22,986 bases of DNA from a virus. Where the stretch lies: IMG/VR virus record IMGVR_UViG_3300035694_000088. One strand, given 5' to 3'. Each line of letters opens with the position of its first letter. Positions within the stretch are counted from its first letter, which is position 1. The position numbers and the translations under genes were made by a program. Below the pieces are notes generated by a model that searched no databases, was not told the DNA's origin, and saw nothing but the letters and a program-made list of their open reading frames with translations. Shown piece by piece: positions 15,814-22,911 of this stretch.

Positions 15814-16208
15814 GTCGCTACGTCGTCACCGTGAAGTTCGACCGCAACCCCGCCCACAACCCGAACCGCAAAGTAACCGGGCCATGTCCACTGTCCGAGC
15901 AGGCGTGCACCGACCGCACCGGGGCGCACCACTCCACCGTCGTAGACACCGTCGCCACCGTCGCTGAGGTGCGCGACTGGTTCACCCAACGTGGCATCCA
16001 CGTCACCCGCATCGAAACCGTCGCCCCCGAGGTGATTGTCACCGACGCCATGGTCAACGCCGCCCGCGACGCTGCCGCCGCCAGCGCGAAAGCCGACCTC
16101 GCCGCCTATTTCGACGGCGAACGCCCCCTCGATGCCCGCGCTTCCAACTTCGAGGCAATGCGCGCCGCCATCGCCGCTGCTCTACGGGCACAAAGGAACG
16201 AATCATGA
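15810..16208 (+). CDS. protein with C-terminal VTDAMVxAA module (3 of 3)
   Basis: ATGA overlap; VIVTDAMVNAARDA...MRAAIAAALRAQRNES; N-terminal H..C..C..HH. Confidence 0.8.
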   Translation: MSRYVVTVKFDRNPAHNPNRKVTGPCPLSEQACTDRTGAHHSTVVDTVATVAEVRDWFTQRGIHVTRIETVAPEVIVTDAMVNAARDAAAASAKADLAAYFDGERPLDARASNFEAMRAAIAAALRAQRNES

Positions 16209-16726
16209 ACCCTGTTGATCTACTCGCCGCCCTGGGTCACACCAACCCGACCCCCGAATACACCCCCGTTAGTGACGATCGAGTGCCCATGGAGCGGTGG
16301 GGCAAGGACCACTGGTCCACGCTGGCCTACCTGGAAACCCGCATCGTCGACCACAAGGGCCGGATCGCCCACGACCACATGCGCTGCCACGCCGGTCGCC
16401 ACCCGGCCATGCTCCACGCGAAGCGCCGCGCGCGCCTGTTCGGTGTCGGTGACGGCAGCCAGTACCCCACCAAGCTGCGCGACGGTGAACTGGCCGATCA
16501 CGACGACTACGACTGCCTAGATGACATGATCGTCGCTGGGCTGGTCACCGCCACCATGCCACCAGCACCGGCCGGGACGTTGGTGACCGGGCTGGTGGAA
16601 GCCGAGCTGATGACCCGCGCGACCTACGCACTGACCCCGCTGGGGCAGGCCATCGCCGGGCAGCTCCGCGCCCACAAGGGCAACGGCGGCAACTGGCGCA
16701 CGTTCACACCAGAGATGAAGCCATGA
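16205..16726 (+). CDS. conserved-looking hypothetical (GKDHWSTLAY...HDDYDC...LT..G)
   Basis: AAGGA RBS, ATGA overlap; His/Asp/Cys motifs. Confidence 0.8.
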   Translation: MNPVDLLAALGHTNPTPEYTPVSDDRVPMERWGKDHWSTLAYLETRIVDHKGRIAHDHMRCHAGRHPAMLHAKRRARLFGVGDGSQYPTKLRDGELADHDDYDCLDDMIVAGLVTATMPPAPAGTLVTGLVEAELMTRATYALTPLGQAIAGQLRAHKGNGGNWRTFTPEMKP

Positions 16727-17703
16727 AACGCCCCAGCGCGAAAGACGAACTGCGCACCGGCCTCACCGAGTCCCTGCACGCCGCCCTCACCGAGATCACC
16801 GGGCAACGCAGCACCATCCCCGACCAGCTCATTGAGCAAGCGGTGGGCAGGGTCATCGAAGACTGGCGCGTCACCCGCGTCGACACCCCCAACGCCGACG
16901 AACACCCCCTGCGCCCGGAGCCCCACGGGCACTACCTGAAAGTCACCCTGCCGCACGTGCCCGAAACCGACGACGAGCGCACCGAACGGGAACTGCGCTG
17001 GGAGGCGTACCTATGGGACGCCGACGACGGGCCACCGCCCGAGCGGGTCGGCGTCCGCCAACTCCTACGCCAGGACACCTGGTGGCGGATGACCGCGCCC
17101 GATCGGCCCGGCGCCACCGGTAATCGGGGTGTGCGGCTACCCACGATCCCCGTCCGGATCGAGGACATGACCCACGACCACCGGGTGTCCCTACTCGCCT
17201 GGCTACGGCAACGCGCCGAGCGCCTGCATTCCGACGCGTTCGGCGAACTCTGGGGTGCTCCCGACGACGTGTGGGCCTTCCACGAACGGCAGGACCCCCG
17301 TGAGTGGCTGGAGGAGAATGAGCTTGTTCAGGCCCTGGTGCACTGGACGACGCCCTACGGTGAAGCCCCGCTGACGTGGCGACCCATGAATGAGGCACCG
17401 CGTGACGGCACGGACGTCATGGTGCGCTGGCCTGACGGAGGAGACCTCGACGAACCGGACCGAGCGTTCTGGTCTCAGGCCGGGTACTGCTGGTATCTCC
17501 GTGGTGGCACGGGGACATTCCAAGACGCCGCCTTCGCGGCGTGGCGGGAACTGCGCGACGACGAGAAGCCCGTCCCGGTCAAATACTGCGACCACGAGAA
17601 CTACCAGGGTCGGCCCTGCGAGGACTGCGGAGCAGGGTTCTACCCCTGCGACCACGGGGGCGTGCACGGCAGCGACTACTGCGCCGCGTGCGAACAGGAG
17701 TGA
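16723..17703 (+). CDS. multidomain phage protein with a DUF551-like WRPM..APRDGT domain and Cys-rich tail
   Basis: WRPMNEAPRDGTDV...WREL motif; tandem CDH...CxxC repeats at the C-terminus. Confidence 0.75.
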   Translation: MKRPSAKDELRTGLTESLHAALTEITGQRSTIPDQLIEQAVGRVIEDWRVTRVDTPNADEHPLRPEPHGHYLKVTLPHVPETDDERTERELRWEAYLWDADDGPPPERVGVRQLLRQDTWWRMTAPDRPGATGNRGVRLPTIPVRIEDMTHDHRVSLLAWLRQRAERLHSDAFGELWGAPDDVWAFHERQDPREWLEENELVQALVHWTTPYGEAPLTWRPMNEAPRDGTDVMVRWPDGGDLDEPDRAFWSQAGYCWYLRGGTGTFQDAAFAAWRELRDDEKPVPVKYCDHENYQGRPCEDCGAGFYPCDHGGVHGSDYCAACEQE

Positions 17704-17708
17704 CCGCG

Positions 17709-18077
17709 ATGCGACCCGAGTCCGAGATCCGCGCCATGCGCGACGACGCCGAAGCCGCCATTCTCCGGAGTGGTGGAGAAGCTGATCGGGCCGCGTTCAC
17801 CATCCTCGACTGGGTGTGCGACCCGCTGGCCATCACCGCCGATGTCGTCGAACTACTCGACGGACCCGACCCCGATGACCCCGACCTCGACGACACCGAC
17901 GACGTCCTCCACGGCCTGCCCCAGGTGGTCCGATCCGACGACCTCGACGACGCGCGGGACTACCTGTACCGGATCAGTGAGCAGGCCGTCACCGAACTGG
18001 CCGCCGCCGCGCGGCGTCTGGATCGGCTGTGCAAGGCCGAGCTGAAGAAACGGGCTTCACTAGGAGACAAAAAATGA
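17709..18077 (+). CDS. acidic hypothetical protein (122 aa)
   Basis: AGGAG 8 nt before ATG; Asp-rich linker. Confidence 0.7.
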   Translation: MRPESEIRAMRDDAEAAILRSGGEADRAAFTILDWVCDPLAITADVVELLDGPDPDDPDLDDTDDVLHGLPQVVRSDDLDDARDYLYRISEQAVTELAAAARRLDRLCKAELKKRASLGDKK

Positions 18078-18274
18078 TCACCCTCGCTCAGTGGGCCGCG
18101 CGACGGTTCGGTTACCTCGTCGCTATCGCTGTCCTGTCCGCCCTGTTCATCAGTGCTGTCCTACCCAAGGATCACCTCGCGTTCCCTCTGGGGCCGGGCT
18201 GCTACTACATGGGATTCGATAGGGCGCTCGTGCAGTGGCAGCACTGCGACGAGTGGCGAAAGCACGGTGACTGA
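18074..18274 (+). CDS. 66-aa single-TM protein
   Basis: AGGAG RBS, ATGA overlap; MITLAQWAARRFGYLVAIAV... Confidence 0.7.
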   Translation: MITLAQWAARRFGYLVAIAVLSALFISAVLPKDHLAFPLGPGCYYMGFDRALVQWQHCDEWRKHGD

Positions 18275-18567
18275 TGCGCCGCCGAGGCAACCGCGTTGAG
18301 ACCACCACCCGCGCGGTACGAAAAATCAAGGACGGCGACACCGGGATCAACGCTGCCCGCAAGACCACCATCCTCGAACGTGCTCGCGCCCTGGGGCGCA
18401 TCAAGCACCGTGAGGTGATGGAGCTGTGCGGGATCGGCACGGACCTCGCCTACCGGCTGACCGGCGAACTGGTCGCCGAGGGTCTCCTGCGCAAGGTCAA
18501 GGTCGCTCAATATGAACTTGATCCCACTCACCCTCAGAATCAGGGGTTTCCGCCACGGCAGGGTTAG
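18274..18567 (+). CDS. putative winged-helix DNA-binding protein (97 aa)
   Basis: GRIKHREVMELCGIGTDLAYRLTGELVAEGLLRKV...YEL fits a wHTH pattern. Confidence 0.65.
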   Translation: MRRRGNRVETTTRAVRKIKDGDTGINAARKTTILERARALGRIKHREVMELCGIGTDLAYRLTGELVAEGLLRKVKVAQYELDPTHPQNQGFPPRQG

Positions 18568-18575
18568 GAGGCGTT

Positions 18576-18836
18576 ATGTGTGATGACGTAACTGAGGTTC
18601 GGGTGGTCGACCCGTCGGGTGAGCATGGGCATCTGACGTGGTTTTGGCCGACCACGCAGCTCGACAGTCTGGTGGGGGTGTTGGGCGGTGTGACGGTGCG
18701 GGATTCTGTGGGTGCGCGGTATTCCGATTTCGTGGGGGGCGATTTGGTGTTCGACCGTACGGGGGTGCGGTATGAGATCATCGCTCGAACCATTGTCGAT
18801 GCTCACCCGGATGCGGTAAACACGCCCACCACGTGA
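18576..18836 (+). CDS. hypothetical protein (86 aa)
   Basis: AGGAGG RBS. Confidence 0.7.
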   Translation: MCDDVTEVRVVDPSGEHGHLTWFWPTTQLDSLVGVLGGVTVRDSVGARYSDFVGGDLVFDRTGVRYEIIARTIVDAHPDAVNTPTT

Positions 18837-18861
18837 CGTGGTAGGGTCGGATGCGTTCCGG
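18817..18861 (+). promoter_or_regulatory. extended -10 + GTTCCGG box, copy 8
   Basis: TAAACA (18817)-N19-TAGGGT (18842)-N6-CGTTCCGG; palindrome ACCACGT-G-ACGTGGT abuts the -10. Confidence 0.8.
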
Positions 18862-18884
18862 CCCCGAGGTGAGGAAGGCCCACC

Positions 18885-19202
18885 ATGGCCACCAAGATCA
18901 AACACAATCACGAGCTACTACCCTTCGGCGCCTACGTCGACGAAGGCGACTGCCCACGCTGCGATCAGCTCCGCGCCGTCAAGCGCGCCGAGGGCGAAAC
19001 CCCGCACAATCACGCACCCACCCCGTGGGCTCGCCGCGTCGACGGCTGCCCCCGCTGCATCGAACTAGCTGGCGGCGCCCCCAAACGCGAATCCAAAGCC
19101 GACCGCGACGCACGCCTCGACGCGCAACGCGTCCGCGATATCCGAGCGCACTTCGCCGACCCCAACAGCATGTGTGACCACCTCACGTGCTTCGACTGGT
19201 AG
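18885..19202 (+). CDS. Zn-binding protein with duplicated HNH-x-CPRC unit (105 aa)
   Basis: HNHELLPFG...CPRCDQL and HNHAPTPWA...CPRCIEL; ends H...C...CFDW. Confidence 0.8.
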   Translation: MATKIKHNHELLPFGAYVDEGDCPRCDQLRAVKRAEGETPHNHAPTPWARRVDGCPRCIELAGGAPKRESKADRDARLDAQRVRDIRAHFADPNSMCDHLTCFDW

Positions 19203-19240
19203 CCCCCCGCCGCGCTCCGACAATCCGAGAGAAGCCTCCG

Positions 19241-20041
19241 ATGAACACCATCCCCCGATCGGCCCGAGCGTTACTCCTGGCCCTGATCGCCGCACTTCTG
19301 ACCCTGACCGCCTGCGACGGCGCCGACGCCGTCAACTCAGCCGGGGACGACCTGTCCGTCCGGCCCGCCGCCGTCCAAACACCCACCGGGCCATGCCAAC
19401 CATGGGTGAACAACCCCCACGAGACCGAAATCGACGGCAACACCGGCATTCGGCCCTGCGACTTCCCCATCCCCGCCGACCGGCCCGTCCAGCAACCCGG
19501 CATGTCCGCGACCGACTTCGCCCTGCTCATGCTGATGTTCAACTACGGCCTAGGCCACCACGACTACTACTACGGTCCCGGCTACTACAACCACTACATC
19601 GGTCCCGCGTGGAACCGCTACCCCGGCTCTTACTACGGCTACGGTCACCGGCCCCTCACCCGCGTCGTCGACGCCCGCACCTACAACACCACCGTGATCA
19701 ACCACGTCAACAACACCTACGCCGCCGACGAAAAACGCGCCGCCGCCAACCCGCAGTACTCCACCTACAAGACCGCCAGCGGCAAGACCTACACCGGCAA
19801 CACCGTCCCGAAGACCGCGTTCAAGGGCTCCAATGTGCCCGTCAGCGGACCAGCCGGTGACGCCCCGACGAAATCCAAATCCACCACCTCCGGCAAGACG
19901 AGCAACAACAACACATCCACCAGCGGTAGCTCCAGCAAGCCCAGCCCCAGCGGTAGCTACAGCAAGCCCAGCACCAGCGGAAGCAGTTCTGGCCGTTCCA
20001 GTAGTGGCGGTAGCCACTCCAGTGGTGGCGGGCACCGCTGA
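19241..20041 (+). CDS. lipoprotein with Tyr-rich core and Ser/Gly-rich tail (266 aa)
   Basis: Signal peptide ending LTAC lipobox; YYYGPGYY region; low-complexity C-terminus. Confidence 0.8.
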   Translation: MNTIPRSARALLLALIAALLTLTACDGADAVNSAGDDLSVRPAAVQTPTGPCQPWVNNPHETEIDGNTGIRPCDFPIPADRPVQQPGMSATDFALLMLMFNYGLGHHDYYYGPGYYNHYIGPAWNRYPGSYYGYGHRPLTRVVDARTYNTTVINHVNNTYAADEKRAAANPQYSTYKTASGKTYTGNTVPKTAFKGSNVPVSGPAGDAPTKSKSTTSGKTSNNNTSTSGSSSKPSPSGSYSKPSTSGSSSGRSSSGGSHSSGGGHR

Positions 20042-20574
20042 TGGCCTACCCGATCAGCGTGTGCGGCCTGCTCGCCTGCCCCCGCACCGAACCCGCTGCC
20101 TGGCAGACCCGGTTTTCCCACATCGAGGTCGCTGAACCCGACGCGAAAGTGGCGAAAGAGTTCATCGAGCTGGAAATCGACACCGAGGGCATGGCCATCG
20201 GTGAAACCGACACCGACCTACTGGTCGCCACCATTCACCCCCTGCACATCGACTACTCCCGGTTGATCACCCACGCGGATATGGCCGTGCCTGACGACGA
20301 GTGCGACCGCTGGTCGGTCGACACCTGGACGGTGTGCGGCATCTTCGCCGACAACGGGCAGTGCTACTCCGGACTGTGGGCCTCCTACGGTCCGCTGGCC
20401 GCCTACGGCACCGCCTGGAATCACTTCCGTACGCAGGGGAGAGAACTGTGGGTCGCCGGGGTGCATCACGGCATCGTCGAGCGCGAGGAGTGGACACCGA
20501 CGTTCGCCGATCCAACCTGCACGACCGAGGACGCGATGGCGCAACGCTTGGGTGAGCTGATTCCGTCGCGTTGA
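20041..20574 (+). CDS. hypothetical protein (177 aa)
   Basis: TGATG overlap; weak internal repeat (SVCGL / TVCGI). Confidence 0.75.
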   Translation: MAYPISVCGLLACPRTEPAAWQTRFSHIEVAEPDAKVAKEFIELEIDTEGMAIGETDTDLLVATIHPLHIDYSRLITHADMAVPDDECDRWSVDTWTVCGIFADNGQCYSGLWASYGPLAAYGTAWNHFRTQGRELWVAGVHHGIVEREEWTPTFADPTCTTEDAMAQRLGELIPSR

Positions 20575-20593
20575 GACGTACCCGTTAGGCCGC

Positions 20594-20636
20594 ACCGACC
20601 CTACCGCGTCATGTGGTAGGGTCGGTTCTGTTCCGG
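20594..20636 (+). promoter_or_regulatory. extended -10 + GTTCCGG box, copy 9, inside a perfect 12-bp inverted repeat
   Basis: ACCGACCCTACC (20594-605) / GGTAGGGTCGGT (20615-626); TGTTCCGG 20629-36. Confidence 0.85.
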
Positions 20637-20660
20637 TCCCCGATTCGAGAGTTGACCGCC

Positions 20661-21167
20661 ATGGCCACAACCGCCATCCCCACCGACTACTGCTCCGACT
20701 GCCGCCCCCTCTACGGCCTACCACCCGCCCCCAAACCCACCGGCGCCTACGATGCCTGCCCCGCCTGTGACCCCCACACGCCCATCCTGAGCTGCCCGCA
20801 GCACCGCAGCACCGCCCTGGCCGGGATCGCCTCACCCGGCAACTACTACTACTGCCCGGCCTGCGACGACGAATGGCACGAACCCGGTCCCGACGAGCGC
20901 GCCAGCTACCGCGACTACGGCATGGCCCTGGCCGCCCTGACCTGGCTGACCTTCCAGTGCGGCGTCTACTTCACGTTCATGCTCGGCTTCGTCCTCGTCT
21001 TGACACAGAACTACGGTCACGCCCCCGACGACGCGATCGGCCCCGCTGCCCTCTACGCGTTCCTGTTCTTCATGTTCTGGATCCTGTTCCTGTTCCCCGC
21101 CCTGTTCGACATCACCGTCGGCACCGCCCAGCGCGTGTGGCACGGCATCCGGGGGCAGTCGCTGTGA
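20661..21167 (+). CDS. Cys-rich (three CxxC) protein with two C-terminal TMs
   Basis: CSDC, CPAC, CPQH, CPAC then hydrophobic helices. Confidence 0.75.
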   Translation: MATTAIPTDYCSDCRPLYGLPPAPKPTGAYDACPACDPHTPILSCPQHRSTALAGIASPGNYYYCPACDDEWHEPGPDERASYRDYGMALAALTWLTFQCGVYFTFMLGFVLVLTQNYGHAPDDAIGPAALYAFLFFMFWILFLFPALFDITVGTAQRVWHGIRGQSL

Positions 21168-21415
21168 CCCGCCGATCCCTCGCTGGAAGCGTTCCCCTGA
21201 CCGGCCTGCGCCGCTTCTGGCTGACCGTTCACGTCCTGATCTGGCCCGCACTGCTCACCGCCGCCGCCGATTGGGCACTCGGACCCACCTCCACCGTCAC
21301 CACCGTGGTGTTCCTCATCGCCGTCGCCTGGGCCCTGCTGCGCTGGCATCGGGTGTCCAAACGCATCTTCACCGTCACCACCCGACGCCGACGCCGTCGC
21401 CGGGCGCACCGGTGA
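21164..21415 (+). CDS. 2-TM protein with basic tail (83 aa)
   Basis: GTGA overlap; TM pair; RRRRRR tail. Confidence 0.65.
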   Translation: MTRRSLAGSVPLTGLRRFWLTVHVLIWPALLTAAADWALGPTSTVTTVVFLIAVAWALLRWHRVSKRIFTVTTRRRRRRRAHR

Positions 21416-21492
21416 CCAGCGCTGCCCTCTGGGGCCTACCCGATCACCTGGGGCGCTACGCGACCTGGGGCTTGAACCGAGGAGAACCACCC

Positions 21493-21831
21493 ATGCCCGA
21501 CCCCACCCAGTTCACCGAATCCAACGCCCTGCTCGCCATCATCGACGACAACCCCGACGGGGCCCGCGCCATCGTGGCGGGCATGCTCGCCGGTGAGCGC
21601 ATAACACTCGCCCGGCACGCCCAAACACTCGTCGACCTCTGCGAACGCGTCCAGTTCGAGCATGAGGCCGCGCACGGTCCCTGCGAAGCCATTCGGGGGT
21701 GTCAGCATCAGTCCGTCGGCTACTTCTACATGGGGCGCCATCGGAAGCCCTACGGCACGTGCGCCACCCACCGGGCATCCGTTGAGGCGGAAGGGTTCAC
21801 CGTGCACACCATGCCCGAGGTGAAGCTGTGA
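21493..21831 (+). CDS. hypothetical protein with C-x4-C...CxxH (112 aa)
   Basis: GAGGAG RBS; MPDPTQFTES... Confidence 0.7.
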   Translation: MPDPTQFTESNALLAIIDDNPDGARAIVAGMLAGERITLARHAQTLVDLCERVQFEHEAAHGPCEAIRGCQHQSVGYFYMGRHRKPYGTCATHRASVEAEGFTVHTMPEVKL

Positions 21832-22016
21832 TGGGCTACGACGAACTCCTCTACATCACACTCATGCGCCTGCTCGCCTTCCTGGCGCTCACCGGCCTCA
21901 TCATTGGCGGCGTCGCCGCCTTCGGCCATCACATCGCCTACTGGCTGGCCAGCCTGATCGCCTTCGGTGTGGTTTTTCTCGGGACTCTTGTCTGGGACGG
22001 GGATTGGATCGCATGA
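21828..22016 (+). CDS. 2-TM small membrane protein (62 aa)
   Basis: GAGGTG RBS, overlap coupling. Confidence 0.7.
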   Translation: MMGYDELLYITLMRLLAFLALTGLIIGGVAAFGHHIAYWLASLIAFGVVFLGTLVWDGDWIA

Positions 22017-22441
22017 ACACTCGAAGCAATTCAACGGATGAAGTGATCCGCGTCGCGCTACTGGCCGCACTGGGCGGCGCTGACGTCGTTCCCAAGAACG
22101 CGACCATTCTGGACATGATCGACGCCCTGGCTTCGTTGAACCGCTCTTACCGTCGGGGCTGGGAGGAGTCCGACGCGCGGCTCCAGCAGGCGAAACGCAC
22201 CCTGCTCGACCACGGCATCGGTGCGCACACCACCGCGCCCGGTGAGCCCGTGGAGCGTGACCTGCTCGCCTCCACGTGGTCGTCCGCGCCCCTCGATGAC
22301 GACGAGGTCCGGCGCGCTGAAGCGGTCGGTATCGAGGTGGGTTCTCGCATCAGTCCGCTGCCCGCGAAATGGGCACTGATCCGGCAAGAGACCGCGCGAC
22401 GCGAGACCGCGCGAGGGGACAGCCCGGCGACGTCGCGGTAA
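22013..22441 (+). CDS. hypothetical protein (142 aa)
   Basis: ATGA overlap; MNTRSNSTDEV... Confidence 0.65.
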   Translation: MNTRSNSTDEVIRVALLAALGGADVVPKNATILDMIDALASLNRSYRRGWEESDARLQQAKRTLLDHGIGAHTTAPGEPVERDLLASTWSSAPLDDDEVRRAEAVGIEVGSRISPLPAKWALIRQETARRETARGDSPATSR

Positions 22442-22463
22442 CACTGGGCGCCGTATGGGCGAC
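22438..22463 (+). promoter_or_regulatory. SigD-type ECF promoter, copy 4 (variant -10)
   Basis: GTAACA (22438-43)-N17-GAC (22461-63), upstream of the RsdA-like gene. Confidence 0.5.
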
Positions 22464-22511
22464 ACACCCGGTGTTAGAAGTTTCACCGGTCGTTTGAGAA
22501 CGGAGCACGCT

Positions 22512-22838
22512 ATGACCCGCACACCCGGTCCCCTGTTCGACCCTGATCACGAGGCGGTGGATTTGGCCGCTGTGGCGGCGGATGACGCGTTGCTCGATGA
22601 CGTGGGGTCGGGGCGGCGGCGTAGGCACGCTGACCCGCTGGCGGAGCATTTGGCGATGCTGCGGGCCTCCGTTGATGCGCAACCGCAGCCCGAGCTGGTC
22701 GACGTCGACGCGGCGCAGGCGGCGATCAGGGCCGGGAGGTCGCCGGAGGTTCCGGGGTGGAGTTCGTGGCGGTGGGCGCTACTGACGGCGTTCATCGCGG
22801 CGGTGGGGTTGGTGTTGATTGTGGTGACCGCGAGGTAG
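22512..22838 (+). CDS. truncated anti-sigma-D factor (RsdA sigma-binding domain + TM, no extracytoplasmic domain)
   Basis: GGAG RBS; VDLAAVAADDALLD...LAEHLAMLRASVDAQPQPELVDVDAAQAAIRAGR matches the recalled RsdA N-terminal pattern; one C-terminal TM then stop. Confidence 0.75.
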   Translation: MTRTPGPLFDPDHEAVDLAAVAADDALLDDVGSGRRRRHADPLAEHLAMLRASVDAQPQPELVDVDAAQAAIRAGRSPEVPGWSSWRWALLTAFIAAVGLVLIVVTAR

Positions 22839-22868
22839 CTCGTTCGGTGGCACCCCCCGCCAGCGACT

Positions 22869-22892
22869 GTGGTAGGGTGGGTGGTGTTCCGG
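22869..22892 (+). promoter_or_regulatory. extended -10 + GTTCCGG box, copy 10
   Basis: GTGG-TAGGGT-GGGTGG-TGTTCCGG, then GGAGGT and ATG 22912. Confidence 0.85.
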
Positions 22893-22911
22893 TCCCGACC
22901 TGGAGGTCACC

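Noticed and set aside
18885-19202. HNH tripeptides as an HNH nuclease
   Set aside because: Literal H-N-H triplets are not the spaced beta-beta-alpha catalytic motif; the pattern fits His/Cys metal binding.
4219-22892. Repeated motif as a CRISPR array or integron attC-type sites
   Set aside because: Spacing is irregular (0.2-4.5 kb), copies are degenerate and promoter-shaped, and no cas or integrase gene is in the window.
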